Notes under the pieces: model-generated
Told to the model about the DNA's origin: nothing
The model's database searches: none
What the model saw: the letters and a program-made list of their open reading frames with translations, nothing else
Shown: positions 32,855 to 42,494 of the stretch, piece after piece
How the letters are laid out: every line of letters starts with the position of its first letter
Numbering within the stretch: position 1 is the first letter of the stretch
Position numbers and translations under genes: made by a program
DNA from: Nitrospirota bacterium
GTDB taxonomy: Bacteria; Nitrospirota; JACRHJ01
DNA length: 64,000 nucleotides
Direction: 5' to 3'
Assembly (NCBI GenBank): GCA_963698885.1
Contig: CAVOSJ010000003.1
Coordinates: 553,250-617,249, forward strand

Positions 32855-34521
32855 ACCTTGAACTTCCCCATATCTTCCCGGAGGTATCCGGCCTGCCTGA
32901 GGAGCTTGCCGACCGCCTCCTCCATGTCTTTCGATATTTCCGAATTGCTCTGTGCGATTTCCAGGAACTTCTCCATTGACTTAACGATGCTGCCGCTTTC
33001 GTCGCTCTGGCTTTTCGTCGCCTGTGCGATGGTGCCGGCCATCTCGCGGGTATCGTCGAGGCTTTTCGCGAACTCCTTGATGCCTCTGGCCTGCTCGTCC
33101 ATCGCCTTCCGGACTTCCCTGGAAACGTAGCTTATCTTCTCCGCGGCGGAGGCGATGAGTTCGCTTCCCTTGCTCTGCTCCTGGGTCGCCTTCTCTATCT
33201 GCTGAATCCTCTCATGCACGTTTATGATTGCTTCCGCCACCTGCCGTACGGCCTCGGCCTGCCTTGTAGTCGCCTTCTCTATCTCCACGGCCGTCTTCAT
33301 TGAGCGGTTGGACGACTCTATTATTTTTGCCAGAGCATCCGCCGCTCCCGAGGCCGTCTTAGCCCCTTCGATAACCCGTTCTTTCCCGGCGCGCATCGAC
33401 TCCACCGCGGCCTGGGATTCCTCCTGGACGGACGATATCAGTTTCGCTATTTCCCCGGTGGAAGAAGAAGTGCGCTCAGCCAACTCTTTTATCTCGTTTG
33501 CCACGACCGAAAATCCTTTGCCGTGCTCTCCCGCCTGCGCCGCCAGTATCGCCGCGTTCAGCGCAAGGAGCGAGGTCTGGTTGGTTATCTCGTCTATGAC
33601 CTTTATTATCTTTCCCACCTCCGCGGACCTCTGGCCGAGGCTTTCTATTACCTCCGACGCCTGCTCCACGGTCTCCCTTATCATATCCATCGCCCCAATA
33701 GTCCTGGCGATTGCTTCGTTCCCCAGAGTATCCGCGTCACGGGAGACCTCCTGTGAAAGCGCCGCGGACATTTTCGCCTTGCCTTCAACCTGCCGGGTCG
33801 TCTCGTGTATATGTCCAACCCCGTCAGCCGTATTCGCTGCAAGCTCCGCCAGCATCTTCACGTTTTCGGCTACTTCTTTTATGGACACGTTCATTTCGGA
33901 AATCGATGAAGACGCCTCATCGACAAAACCCGCAAGGTTCGCCGTGCTCTCCGCGACGACGTCCACCTGCGCGGCCATTTCAGTGACTGTCGCGGAGCTG
34001 TCCGCGGATGTTATGTTAAGGCTCTCCGCGCTGCCGGCTACGTCCTGGACAGAGCGGTCCATCCGCTCAAGGGCCCGGAAATTCTCATTCGTCGCCTCCC
34101 CCTGCTCTTTGGCGCCGGCTGCGAAAATATCGGTTTTTTTCCGTATCTCATCCGTAAGCTTCAGCAGGAGGTCGGATTTATCGCCCGTGCTCGCCACAAG
34201 GTCGTGCAGCCTTTCCATGAAAAGGTTTATAAATGCCGCCATCTCACCCAGCTCATCGTTGCTGGAAAGGTCCAGCCTCTGCGTAAGGTCAGCCTCGTTC
34301 CCGGCCATATTGCCCATCATGTCCCTCATCCTGAGCACGGGCCGAAGCACCATCCTGTCAAAGCTGAACGTCATGACGAATAGAGTAAATACGGCAAGCA
34401 CCGATACGACCGGGAGAATCCAGGAAGGATGACTGGAGGAAAGGTAGATGAAAGCGCCCAACCACATTATCATCAGACAAACAATGACAATCCCGAGTTT
34501 TAACCTGAGTCCCCTTATCAC
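32851..34521 (-). CDS. Methyl-accepting chemotaxis protein (two TM helices, HAMP, MCP signalling domain)
   Basis: HAMP region, then the highly conserved MCP signalling core ([36 protein letters not shown]). Confidence 0.85.
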   Translation of the reverse strand: MIRGLRLKLGIVIVCLMIMWLGAFIYLSSSHPSWILPVVSVLAVFTLFVMTFSFDRMVLRPVLRMRDMMGNMAGNEADLTQRLDLSSNDELGEMAAFINLFMERLHDLVASTGDKSDLLLKLTDEIRKKTDIFAAGAKEQGEATNENFRALERMDRSVQDVAGSAESLNITSADSSATVTEMAAQVDVVAESTANLAGFVDEASSSISEMNVSIKEVAENVKMLAELAANTADGVGHIHETTRQVEGKAKMSAALSQEVSRDADTLGNEAIARTIGAMDMIRETVEQASEVIESLGQRSAEVGKIIKVIDEITNQTSLLALNAAILAAQAGEHGKGFSVVANEIKELAERTSSSTGEIAKLISSVQEESQAAVESMRAGKERVIEGAKTASGAADALAKIIESSNRSMKTAVEIEKATTRQAEAVRQVAEAIINVHERIQQIEKATQEQSKGSELIASAAEKISYVSREVRKAMDEQARGIKEFAKSLDDTREMAGTIAQATKSQSDESGSIVKSMEKFLEIAQSNSEISKDMEEAVGKLLRQAGYLREDMGKFKV

Positions 34522-35594
34522 GAACCGCCCTCCCGCTTGATCCTCACCTTGTCCAGGTCTATCCCGCTGTCCCCGAGCTTCCTTATATCCCTGGGCAAAA
34601 ACGCCCCTTTCTCCGTTACAATGGCCGTTATGTATTTAGCCGGAGTTACGTCAAAGGCGGGGTTCTTTACCTTTACCCCAAGAGGCGCAATGCAGAGCTT
34701 CCCGCAGATGTCGGTAACTTCGCCGGATGGCCTTTCCTCTATCGGGATGTGCTCGCCGGACGGCATGGAGAGGTCTATCGTCGAGGTCGGCGCGGCGACG
34801 TAAAAAGGTATCCCGTGCTCTCTGCAAAGGACGGCGACGGTATAAGTGCCGATTTTATTAGCCACGTCCCCGTTCCGTACCGTCCTGTCCGTCCCCACTA
34901 TAGCCAGGTCTATCTCGCCTTTCTTCATGAAATAGCCTGCCATATTGTCCGTGATAAGGGTCACGTCTATGCCGTCCTGCATTAGCTCCCAGGCGGTCAA
35001 CCTGGCGCCCTGGAGCACCGGCCTGGTCTCGTCCGCAAATACCTTTATCTTTTTTCCCTGCTCCACAGCCACCCGGATAGGGGCGGTTGCGGTCCCGTAT
35101 CCTCCGGTAGCCAGCGACCCCGCGTTGCAGTGGGTAAGGATGGTGTCGCCGTCACGGATGAATCCCGCGCCGAACTCCCCAATGGCGCGGTTTATTTTAA
35201 CGTCCTCTTCAAGCACTTTCTGGGCTTCAAGAGCAAGCAACTCCTTCACCTTATCCACGCCCGCGTCGCGGTTCGCGAGGGCAAAGCGCTTCATCCTGTC
35301 TATCGCCCAGAAGAGGTTGACGGCGGTCGGCCTCTGGGCGGCTAAGTGGTCGCATGCAGGCATTAATTTCTGGTAAAAGCTATCGAAATCCTTCGCCTCT
35401 ATATCGTTAGCCGCAAGCGCGACCCCCATTGCCGCGGCAATCCCGATCGCGGGCGCGCCGCGTATCCAGAGTTCCTTAATGCCCTTTGCTATGGTTATAT
35501 AGTCCGCGCAGTCCACGTAAGCCACCTCGCCGGGAAGCTTCGTCTGGTCCAGCATGCAGACTTTTCCGTCCTTCCATTCTATTGCAGGTATCAT
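34518..35594 (-). CDS. mtnA: S-methyl-5-thioribose-1-phosphate isomerase (eIF-2B alpha/beta/delta family)
   Basis: [19 protein letters not shown] and [10 protein letters not shown] motifs. Confidence 0.85.
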   Translation of the reverse strand: MIPAIEWKDGKVCMLDQTKLPGEVAYVDCADYITIAKGIKELWIRGAPAIGIAAAMGVALAANDIEAKDFDSFYQKLMPACDHLAAQRPTAVNLFWAIDRMKRFALANRDAGVDKVKELLALEAQKVLEEDVKINRAIGEFGAGFIRDGDTILTHCNAGSLATGGYGTATAPIRVAVEQGKKIKVFADETRPVLQGARLTAWELMQDGIDVTLITDNMAGYFMKKGEIDLAIVGTDRTVRNGDVANKIGTYTVAVLCREHGIPFYVAAPTSTIDLSMPSGEHIPIEERPSGEVTDICGKLCIAPLGVKVKNPAFDVTPAKYITAIVTEKGAFLPRDIRKLGDSGIDLDKVRIKREGGS

Positions 35595-35860
35595 CTTTTA
35601 AGTAACCCTCATGTTTTAAACAGAAATCGGAATCTGTCGCATTTTAACCCTCCCGCAGCCGTTTTGTCAATAGAGTCAAACATAACCCATTGCGTTTGAG
35701 CATTTTCATTGTTATACTTGACACGTGCATATACGGTTCTTTCTCATCCCATTTCCGGCTGCTTAAACAGGAAGCGCGCCCATTTCGGGGGGACCTTGCC
35801 GCTTGGGAGGATGACAAAGGACATGGTTGATTATATTCAGATAAATGGAGGAATGGTCTT

Positions 35861-36142
35861 ATGAAGAAATTTTTGCTGGTTATTTCAGCAATATCTCTTG
35901 CGGCGGCTTTGTCGCCGGCCTGGGCGGACGCGCCGAAACAGTGCACCAAAGGCACATGCGGCATGGAAGAAAAAGCGGCGGCCGTAAAGGAAACCACGGT
36001 TGACCCGGTATGCGGCATGGACGCGAAGGACTCGAAATACCAGGAAAAGTACGACGGGAAGACCTATCACTTCTGCAGCGCTAACTGCAAGAAGGCTTTC
36101 GATAAGAATCCTTCCAAATACATTGAGCAAAAGAAGAAGTAA
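35861..36142 (+). CDS. Secreted YHS/TRASH-domain metal-binding protein
   Basis: Signal peptide. DPVCGM...YDGKTYHFCSANCKKAFDKNPSKY (YHS domain). Confidence 0.7.
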   Translation: MKKFLLVISAISLAAALSPAWADAPKQCTKGTCGMEEKAAAVKETTVDPVCGMDAKDSKYQEKYDGKTYHFCSANCKKAFDKNPSKYIEQKKK

Positions 36143-36163
36143 AAGAGGGGCCAAAAGAAATCA

Positions 36164-36748
36164 ATGGGGGGTTCAATGTCCTATCTCAAAATGGCGGCGA
36201 TAACGGCGGCAGCGGTATTTTTATTTTTTCAGTTTGGTTGCGAGAAAAAGGAAGCGCGTACGGCCGCGCCAAGTGAAAACACGCAGGCGGCTATGCCGTC
36301 GGCGGGCTCGGTTTCCGCTGGCGCTATAAAATGGATGAGCTTTAACGACGGCGTCAACGAATCAAAAAAGTCCGGAAAACCGGTCATGATCGACTTTTAC
36401 ACCTCCTGGTGCAAATATTGTAAATTGCTCGACGATACGACCTATAAAGACCCAGGGGTCGCGCAGACTGTCAACGGCAGCTTCATAGCGATCAAGGTCA
36501 ACGCGGAAGGCGAAAACAAAGTAACGTACGAGGGCGCATCGATGACCGAGAGGGACCTGGCCTCAAAGTTCGGCGTGACAGGCTTTCCGAGCATCTGGTT
36601 CCTTGACGGAAAACAGCAGAAAATCGGACAGATCCCGGGCTACGAATCCGCCCAGGACTTCAAGCCCAAGCTCACTTACATTTCGAGCGGCGCTTACGGG
36701 AAGGGTACCAAATTCGAAGACTACCTTAAATCTGTTGGGGGAAAATAA
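36164..36748 (+). CDS. Periplasmic thioredoxin-fold protein (CxxC = WCKYCK)
   Basis: Signal/TM, then the thioredoxin-like fold with CxxC. Confidence 0.7.
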   Translation: MGGSMSYLKMAAITAAAVFLFFQFGCEKKEARTAAPSENTQAAMPSAGSVSAGAIKWMSFNDGVNESKKSGKPVMIDFYTSWCKYCKLLDDTTYKDPGVAQTVNGSFIAIKVNAEGENKVTYEGASMTERDLASKFGVTGFPSIWFLDGKQQKIGQIPGYESAQDFKPKLTYISSGAYGKGTKFEDYLKSVGGK

Positions 36749-37338
36749 TGCGTCACCATACGGCGGTTAAGAAGGCAGTTTTGTTAACTCTTCTGCTGAC
36801 GGCTTTTGTCCTGCCCGCATGCGCGGCAACGGTAGACAAGTCCGAAGTGGAGCAGAAGTCAAATCCGGTGAAAGACCTCCACCAGGAGGCCGTAAATGAG
36901 GCGGCGGCGGAGAATAACAAGCTCCAGTGGTCTTCATACGACGACGCTCTCGTGAAGGCCCGGAAAGAGAATAAATTCGTGATGGTGGATTTCTTTGCCC
37001 AGTGGTGCAAGTGGTGCAAGGAACTGGACAAAACCACCTATTCCGACCCGAAGGTGGCCCAGGCTTTAAACGCGGATTTCGTGCCGGTGAAGGTGGATTC
37101 CGAATCGAAGGATAAAGTAACCTACGAGATGCGCCAGATAACCATGTCCGAGCTTGCGGACAAGTACAAGGTAGCGAGCTATCCCACCGTATATTTTCTG
37201 GACAAGGACGGGAACAAGGCCGCCGTGCTGAACGGCTATCTCGCGCCGGACGAGTTTCTAAAATACCTGCAGTTTATAAAGACCGGGAAATACAAGGAGA
37301 TGACGTGGGACGAATACGTCTCGAAAGGGGCGAAATAA
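36748..37338 (+). CDS. Periplasmic thioredoxin-fold protein, paralogue of the previous one (CxxC = WCKWCK)
   Basis: Same architecture. The two are clearly paralogous (..VTYE..YPT/SIWFLD..). Confidence 0.7.
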   Translation: MRHHTAVKKAVLLTLLLTAFVLPACAATVDKSEVEQKSNPVKDLHQEAVNEAAAENNKLQWSSYDDALVKARKENKFVMVDFFAQWCKWCKELDKTTYSDPKVAQALNADFVPVKVDSESKDKVTYEMRQITMSELADKYKVASYPTVYFLDKDGNKAAVLNGYLAPDEFLKYLQFIKTGKYKEMTWDEYVSKGAK

Positions 37339-37343
37339 AATAG

Positions 37344-38075
37344 ATGTTCACGTATGGGGTCACTTACCTGATGGCCTTTTCCGCCGGACTTCTGTCTTTT
37401 TTTTCGCCGTGCGTCCTGCCGCTTATCCCTGCTTACCTCTCATATATCACGGGGATGTCCATACAGGAGTACCAGAGTAACCTTGAAAAATCAGCCCAGC
37501 GCAGGGTGGTGCTGAAGACTCTTTGTTTCATCGCCGGGTTCGCCTTTATTTTTATAGTCGTTTTCGGCGCGGGGACAACCCTTCTCTCCGGGGCGCTGAG
37601 GGAACACAGGAGTCTTGTCGGCAAGATTGGCGGGGTATTGATCTTTTTGTTCGGACTTCATTTCCTGGGCGTATTCAAATTAAAATGGCTGTACAAGGAG
37701 AAGCGGGCACATATCCATAAAATTCCCTCCGGCTATCTCGGCTCGTTCATCGTCGGCATAGCCTTCTCCGCCGGGTGGACGCCCTGCGTCGGGCCTATAC
37801 TCGCTTCCATTGTCGGCATGGGCCTTTCCTCCCAGAGTCAATGGGAAGCCATACGGCTGCTCTCACTTTACACGCTGGGCCTTGCGCTGCCGTTTTTCCT
37901 GACGTCTCTTGCGATTAACTTCTTCATGCCCCTCTTTAACCGCGTAAAACACCACTTCAGGATTATAGAAGTCGCGACCGCCCTGCTCCTAATTTCCGTT
38001 GGCGCGCTGATGTTCTTCGGGCAGTTCGAGTCCTTATCCGGCAATATAATGCATTATCTGAAAATCGGAGTCTGA
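37344..38075 (+). CDS. ccdA: Cytochrome c biogenesis / DsbD-beta family thiol-disulfide transporter
   Basis: FSPCVLPLIP and GWTPCVGP conserved Cys pair. 6-8 TM. Confidence 0.8.
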   Translation: MFTYGVTYLMAFSAGLLSFFSPCVLPLIPAYLSYITGMSIQEYQSNLEKSAQRRVVLKTLCFIAGFAFIFIVVFGAGTTLLSGALREHRSLVGKIGGVLIFLFGLHFLGVFKLKWLYKEKRAHIHKIPSGYLGSFIVGIAFSAGWTPCVGPILASIVGMGLSSQSQWEAIRLLSLYTLGLALPFFLTSLAINFFMPLFNRVKHHFRIIEVATALLLISVGALMFFGQFESLSGNIMHYLKIGV

Positions 38076-38078
38076 TAA

Positions 38079-38288
38079 ATGAAGACGATTAAGCTTTCGG
38101 TATCTGGAATGACCTGCGGCCACTGCGCGATGCACGTGGAGAACGCGCTCAAGGACCTGGCTGGAGTTTCTACCGCAAAAGTGGACCTGCAGGAGAAATC
38201 AGCCGAGGTCACTTACGATGAAGCGGCGGTCGATACAAAGAAGATGGCGGAGGCGGTCGCGGAGGCGGGCTATAAAGTAGAAAAATAA
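38079..38288 (+). CDS. copZ: Heavy-metal-associated (HMA) copper chaperone CopZ-like
   Basis: GMTCGHCAMHV motif, 69 aa. Confidence 0.85.
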   Translation: MKTIKLSVSGMTCGHCAMHVENALKDLAGVSTAKVDLQEKSAEVTYDEAAVDTKKMAEAVAEAGYKVEK

Positions 38289-38330
38289 CCGGGGGTGCCG
38301 GGCCTGGGGGATATTCGGCCGAGGTTCGTA

Positions 38331-39191
38331 TTATTCATCTTCCGGCATTTGCGGCTCCGGCGCTTCCGGCGGCTCCGGCATTTCCGGCACGCCTATCACC
38401 CTCCCCGCCTCATTCGGCGGAAACAGCGGTTGTCCCTTCCTTTCGAGTTCTATCTCCACCTGCACCTTTACAGCTGCCGGGACCGACGGGTCATTGTACA
38501 GGTAGCGCTGGTCAAACGAGTTCATCCCCCGCACGAATTCGATCGCCCGCTCGACTGGCGTAAGCGGGTTCCGTGAAAGCGCGAACCTGACGGATTTATA
38601 CGCGGACCATTTTTGATGCGCCGAGATAATTTCGATCGTGGTTGCCGGCGTTTTTTTATGGTTTATCGCCCACAGCGCCACCGCCTCATTCATCAGGGTA
38701 TTCTCAAAGCACGCCTTTACCACCATCGGGTTTCCCTCTGCAAGCAGGTACTTCACCACCTCTTCCGAGACCTGCCTGGCAAGGGATATCTTTATTCCCG
38801 GCGGCAGCATTGGAAGCTTCTCTTTTATTATCCCCTCCGCAGCCTGCCTGAGCTCGGTAGGAATCGCCTTATTCCGCGTGACGAACCCCAAATCCCGCAG
38901 CCTTAAATCCCTAAGGAAACTAAGCGCCATCCGCCTCGGAGTCTTCGGGTTCGTGACAAGCGCGAGCTTTACCCGGTAGCCCTCCGGCCCGAATTTCCTT
39001 GCCCCCACCGCTTCCAGGATGACGCCGGCCAGGTCTCGCCTCTTCGCCAGGACGACCAGGTGTTCCTCGTTAATATTGCGGTTAGCGAGCAGCGAGAGGA
39101 TGACCTTGTCGGAGGGGTCTTTCAGGAATTTGCCGATGCCCTCCGTATCCGCATCGATGGCGTCACGGACTCTTTTTTCTATTTCGTCCAT
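38331..39191 (-). CDS. Hypothetical alpha-helical repeat protein with an acidic Pro-rich C-terminus
   Basis: Repeated ..NP(K/L)TP..A..F.. units. No catalytic motif. Confidence 0.4.
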   Translation of the reverse strand: MDEIEKRVRDAIDADTEGIGKFLKDPSDKVILSLLANRNINEEHLVVLAKRRDLAGVILEAVGARKFGPEGYRVKLALVTNPKTPRRMALSFLRDLRLRDLGFVTRNKAIPTELRQAAEGIIKEKLPMLPPGIKISLARQVSEEVVKYLLAEGNPMVVKACFENTLMNEAVALWAINHKKTPATTIEIISAHQKWSAYKSVRFALSRNPLTPVERAIEFVRGMNSFDQRYLYNDPSVPAAVKVQVEIELERKGQPLFPPNEAGRVIGVPEMPEPPEAPEPQMPEDE

Positions 39192-39246
39192 GTATTATTT
39201 TAAAAGAAAATGGAACCGGTAATCAAGGAATCTTTCGGAGGCTTTC

Positions 39247-41727
39247 TTATGCCTTCGCGATTTTTACCGCGCTGACTTTGTACTCCGGTATCTTCGCCAG
39301 CGGGTCCACGTTGGCCGAGGTCAGGACGTTCGCGGACGCCTCGGCGAAATGGAAGGGTATGAATACTACTCCCTTTGTCACGCGCTCGGTGACCCGCGCT
39401 TTTATCTTTATCTCGCCCCGGCGCGACGCAACCTTCAGAAAATCTCCCTCGCCTACCTTCAACTTTGTGGCGTCTTTCGGATTTATCTCGACAAACGCCT
39501 CCGGGACGATATGGTTTAAGCCCCCGACGCGCCTCGTCATAGTGCCGGTATGGTAATGCTGGAGTATCCTGCCTGTCGTAAGAAGGAAGGGATATTCCTT
39601 GTCCGGGTTTTCGGCGGGCGGCCTGAAACTCACGGCGTGGAACTTGCCAAGACCCCGCGTGAATTTCTCCGTGTGAAGTATCGGCGTCCCCGGATGGTCC
39701 GGCGTCGGGCACGGCCAGCATAGTCCGCCGGTCTCCTCCAGCCTCCCATGTCCCATGCCGGCGTATTGAGGCGTGAGGGTCGCCATTTCGCGGAATATGT
39801 TGCGCGTGGAATTAAATTTAAATCCGGTGAGCCCCATCGTTTCCGCGATTAGCTTTACAATCTCCGAGTCCGCCTTCGCCTCCCCCGGCGCCGGTATAGC
39901 AGAACGGACAAGCTGGACGCGCCGCTCCGTATTTGTGAAAGTGCCGTCTTTCTCCGCCCATGAGAACGCGGGCAGGACCACGTCCGCGAGCTGGGCCGTC
40001 TCGGTCAGGAATATATCCTGCACTACCAGGAAGTCCACCTTCTTGAGCGCCTTCTTCACATGGGTTGAATCCGGGTCGGAAAGCACCGGGTTCTCCCCCA
40101 TGATATACAGTGTATTTATTGTCCCGTGCGAAACGGCGTCCATTATCTCGGTGACTGTAAGGCCGGGCTTATCGGGCAGCTTTGTACCCCAGGCCTTCTC
40201 GAACTTTTCCCTTGCAGCCGCATCCGCGACGTTCTGGTATCCGGGATAAACGTTAGGGAGCGCCCCCATGTCGCATGCGCCCTGCACGTTGTTCTGGCCC
40301 CGGAGCGGATATACTCCCGTCCCGGTCCTGCCGATGTTGCCGGTCAGCATCGCGATATTGGCCACGGAGAGGACGTTGTCAACGCCGGTCGTGTGCTGGG
40401 TGATGCCCATGGAATAGACGAAGCACGAGGCATTTGAACGCGCCAGCATGGTCCCGGCATTGCGGATCTGCTCGGCAGGGACTCCGGTAATCTCGGATGC
40501 CATCTCCGGAGTGAAATCCTTTATCGAGTTATAGAATTCTTCGTAATTTTCCGTCCGGTCTTTTATGAACGACCTGTGCTTCTGGTGGTGCTTTTGGACG
40601 ATGACGTTCATCAATCCGTTGAGCAGGGCGACGTCCGTGCCGGGCTTCTGCCTCATCCATACCGATGCGTAATCGGCAAGCTCAATCTTCCTCGGGTCGC
40701 AGAGTATAACCTTAGCGCCCCGCTCCCGGACGGCCTTCTTTATCCGAAGACCAATTATGGGGTGCGATTCGGTGGTATTGGAGCCGATGACGAATATTAT
40801 CTCCGCATTTTCCAGGTCGGCGATGGAGTTCGTCATAGCGCCGCTGCCGAAGGCCATAAGGAGACCCGTTACCGTGGACGCGTGACAGAGCCTCGCGCAG
40901 TGGTCTACGTTATTCGTCCCCATACCCATGCGGGCGAACTTCTGAAAAATATAGTTCTCTTCGTTGGTGCAGCGGGCGGATGATAGCGCGGCGAACGAAT
41001 CGGGATCCTTCTTCTTTGCGGCGGAAAACTTTTTCGCTATAAGCTTCAGGACCTCGCCCCACGACGCCTGCCGGAATTTCGGCGCGGCTTTTTTCGAGCT
41101 GGTGCGGATGAGCGGTTTTTTGAGCCTGTCCGGGCTGTTCACGAACTCATACCCGAAACGCCCCTTGACGCACAGGCTCCCATTGTTGGAACCCCTGCCG
41201 ACGGAAGATGTTATCTTGGCTATGACCCCGTCCTTGGAATTTATCTCCATAACGCAGCCGCAGCCGCAGTACGCGCAGGTGGTCTCCGTCTTCTTCAGCA
41301 GGAAATCGCGCCAGGTACGGTCCTTTGTATATGTATCTTTCTCGACAAGGGCGCCGACCGGACAGACGGAGACGCAGTGGCCGCAGAAACTGCAGCCGGT
41401 ATCTTTAAGCGGCTGGTTGAACGCGGGCTCCACCTTTGTCCCATACCCGCGGTTGGACAGCGTCAGGACCCCCCTGCCCTCGACCTCCTGGCAGATGCGG
41501 ACGCACTTGCCGCACATCACGCACTTGTTGTTGTCCCGGACTATGAAGGGGTCGGTGAGGACGGTTTCATAGTTGTGGTTTTCGCCACCGAACCTGCCTT
41601 TTTTCGGGAAGGCCACCACTTCAATATTGGATATGCCGTCGTGGGCCTCGGCGCAGGCGTCTTCGCAGGTTTTGCAGTTTATGCATTTATCCGGGTGCGT
41701 AAAAAGAACTCTGTTTTCTTTCGCCAT
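39247..41727 (-). CDS. fdhA: Formate dehydrogenase catalytic (alpha) subunit, Mo/W-bisPGD, Cys-type, with N-terminal ferredoxin-like [4Fe-4S] domains
   Basis: VDHCARLCHASTVTGL aligns to the FdhF ..CARVUHGPSVAGL motif with Cys in place of Sec. MopB 4Fe-4S TCAYCGCGC. Molybdopterin and dinucleotide-binding domains. Confidence 0.9.
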   Translation of the reverse strand: MAKENRVLFTHPDKCINCKTCEDACAEAHDGISNIEVVAFPKKGRFGGENHNYETVLTDPFIVRDNNKCVMCGKCVRICQEVEGRGVLTLSNRGYGTKVEPAFNQPLKDTGCSFCGHCVSVCPVGALVEKDTYTKDRTWRDFLLKKTETTCAYCGCGCVMEINSKDGVIAKITSSVGRGSNNGSLCVKGRFGYEFVNSPDRLKKPLIRTSSKKAAPKFRQASWGEVLKLIAKKFSAAKKKDPDSFAALSSARCTNEENYIFQKFARMGMGTNNVDHCARLCHASTVTGLLMAFGSGAMTNSIADLENAEIIFVIGSNTTESHPIIGLRIKKAVRERGAKVILCDPRKIELADYASVWMRQKPGTDVALLNGLMNVIVQKHHQKHRSFIKDRTENYEEFYNSIKDFTPEMASEITGVPAEQIRNAGTMLARSNASCFVYSMGITQHTTGVDNVLSVANIAMLTGNIGRTGTGVYPLRGQNNVQGACDMGALPNVYPGYQNVADAAAREKFEKAWGTKLPDKPGLTVTEIMDAVSHGTINTLYIMGENPVLSDPDSTHVKKALKKVDFLVVQDIFLTETAQLADVVLPAFSWAEKDGTFTNTERRVQLVRSAIPAPGEAKADSEIVKLIAETMGLTGFKFNSTRNIFREMATLTPQYAGMGHGRLEETGGLCWPCPTPDHPGTPILHTEKFTRGLGKFHAVSFRPPAENPDKEYPFLLTTGRILQHYHTGTMTRRVGGLNHIVPEAFVEINPKDATKLKVGEGDFLKVASRRGEIKIKARVTERVTKGVVFIPFHFAEASANVLTSANVDPLAKIPEYKVSAVKIAKA

Positions 41728-41743
41728 CTATGCGGTCCCCTCG

Positions 41744-42478
41744 TTACCTGTCCTTTTTGGAGTTTCCTGCCAATGCCGCCGTACGGATTTTTTCCGCCGC
41801 CTTTTTCTTTTTACGGCCCACTATCTCCTCCATGTCGCCATATTCCATGGCGCCGGACGGGCAGACGCTGGCGCAGGCGGGAAGTCCGCCTTTGGAAGTT
41901 TCATCTATGCAGAGGTCGCATTTGCGGACGGTCATCTTCTTGCCGTCCCACCGGATTACCCCGGTCGGGCAGACCATCGCGCACTCTCTGCAACCGTTGC
42001 ATTTTTTATAATCGATAAAGACGACATTGCCCTTTTTTGTTATCGCGCCGCTCTGGCAGACTTCCTTGCAATATGGCTTCTCGCAGTGGCGGCAGGTCAT
42101 CGGCATCGCCGGCTCCCGGAGTCCGTACGCGTAAGCCCAGCTCTGAAGCACGCAGCTGCCGCATTTCACGCAGTCGGAGCATTCCTCCTCGCCCGGGTGC
42201 GACGCCAGCATCAGCTCGACTATGAGCTTCCTTGCCTCGTGCACCTTCTGCGAGGCCGTATGCACCACCCAGCCGCTCCTCGCGGGCGTGTGGCAGGCGG
42301 CGGCAAGCCTGTGGCTGCCTTCCACCTCCACGACGCACATCCTGCACGCGCCGGATGGTTTCAGCCTTTCGTCCCAGCAGAGCGTCGGGATGTAAATCCC
42401 GGCCTTCTTCGCCACCTGGAGGATGGTCTCACCGGAATTAAAGGCAACCGGCTTTCCGTCTATTATCAGTTCGTGCAT
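41744..42478 (-). CDS. NuoG-N-terminal-like iron-sulfur subunit (2Fe-2S + multiple 4Fe-4S)
   Basis: Fer2 (CWDERLKPSGACRMC). CxxCxxC...CP motifs x3. Confidence 0.75.
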   Translation of the reverse strand: MHELIIDGKPVAFNSGETILQVAKKAGIYIPTLCWDERLKPSGACRMCVVEVEGSHRLAAACHTPARSGWVVHTASQKVHEARKLIVELMLASHPGEEECSDCVKCGSCVLQSWAYAYGLREPAMPMTCRHCEKPYCKEVCQSGAITKKGNVVFIDYKKCNGCRECAMVCPTGVIRWDGKKMTVRKCDLCIDETSKGGLPACASVCPSGAMEYGDMEEIVGRKKKKAAEKIRTAALAGNSKKDR

Positions 42479-42494
42479 CGCCTCTCCTTAAGGC

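Noticed and set aside
33224-34432. 402-aa plus-strand ORF antisense to the MCP gene. Similar long antisense ORFs lie at 41573..42568, 42714..43823 and 19798..20510
   Set aside because: They have low-complexity Ser/Ala/Arg-rich composition typical of antisense frames in GC-rich coding DNA. The opposite-strand genes have strong domain evidence.
39200-39721. 173-aa minus-strand ORF overlapping the 3' end of fdhA
   Set aside because: It is an alternative frame of the fdhA coding region. The Arg/Gly-rich product has no motif.
39247-41727. Selenocysteine (TGA recoding) in the formate dehydrogenase alpha subunit
   Set aside because: The position aligning with the FdhF Sec is a Cys codon (..CARLCHAST..). 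There is no in-frame TGA.
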